Below the pieces are notes generated by a model. The model searched no databases. It was not told where the DNA came from and saw only the letters and a program-made list of their open reading frames with translations. This document shows, one piece after another, positions 31,913-32,000 of a stretch of DNA of 32,000 nucleotides (positions are counted from its first letter, which is position 1; every line of letters starts with the position of its first letter). Both the position numbers and the translations under genes were made by a program. This DNA is from Polynucleobacter necessarius (GTDB taxonomy: Bacteria > Pseudomonadota > Gammaproteobacteria > Burkholderiales > Burkholderiaceae). The stretch spans positions 150,001 through 182,000 of the forward strand of contig NZ_LT606950.1 of NCBI RefSeq assembly GCF_900095195.1, in the 5' to 3' direction.

Positions 31913-32000
31913 ATGACGGATGCGTTCGTTCATATGCCAATTACTGTAATAGCATTTGATTATGGAACTAAGCGTGTAGGTGTAGCGGTTGGAAATTCAG
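31913..32000 (+). CDS. ruvX: putative pre-16S rRNA nuclease / Holliday junction resolvase-like RuvX (YqgF), N-terminal fragment
   Basis: ATG at 31913 directly follows the yqgE TAG stop (31910-31912). It reads MTDAFVHMPITVIAFDYGTKRVGVAVGNS, matching the (A)xDxGxKRxGxAxxD N-terminus. The gene is truncated by the window edge. Confidence 0.8.
   Translation, partial: MTDAFVHMPITVIAFDYGTKRVGVAVGNS

Overview
Core chromosome of a moderately AT-leaning (by eye) betaproteobacterium. The gene order is Burkholderiales-type: apt, aroE-mtgA, thiL-pgpA-cinA, maeB, tkt-gapA, fur<>bamE-dapB, leuS-lptE-holA-proA, hemJ, rubredoxin-hemL, apaH, yqgE-ruvX. I support about 33 protein-coding loci, one of them a 57-aa rubredoxin that is absent from the ORF track, plus four strong hairpins. 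I see no rRNA, tRNA, CRISPR array, IS/transposase, integrase, prophage or recognisable defence or toxin cassette. I also cannot support any new multi-gene system here. The unusual signal is gene decay. Four full-length genes are clearly broken while every neighbouring essential gene is intact and synteny is preserved: an RNB-family exoribonuclease, a TonB-like protein, thiL and a class I photolyase. Together they carry 3 in-frame stops, about 9 one-base frameshifts (several in homopolymer runs) and at least one in-frame deletion of about 78 bp. This looks like recent, small-lesion-driven reductive evolution. It would fit a recently host-restricted Polynucleobacter-like lineage, but that taxon call is an inference I cannot verify without a database search. 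Secondary observations are: an orphan barstar-like ORF with an overlapping or frameshifted upstream ORF; a perfect 15-bp hairpin covering the rubredoxin stop codon just upstream of hemL; a 13-15 bp palindrome after maeB; and start-codon ambiguities at bamE and yqgE.
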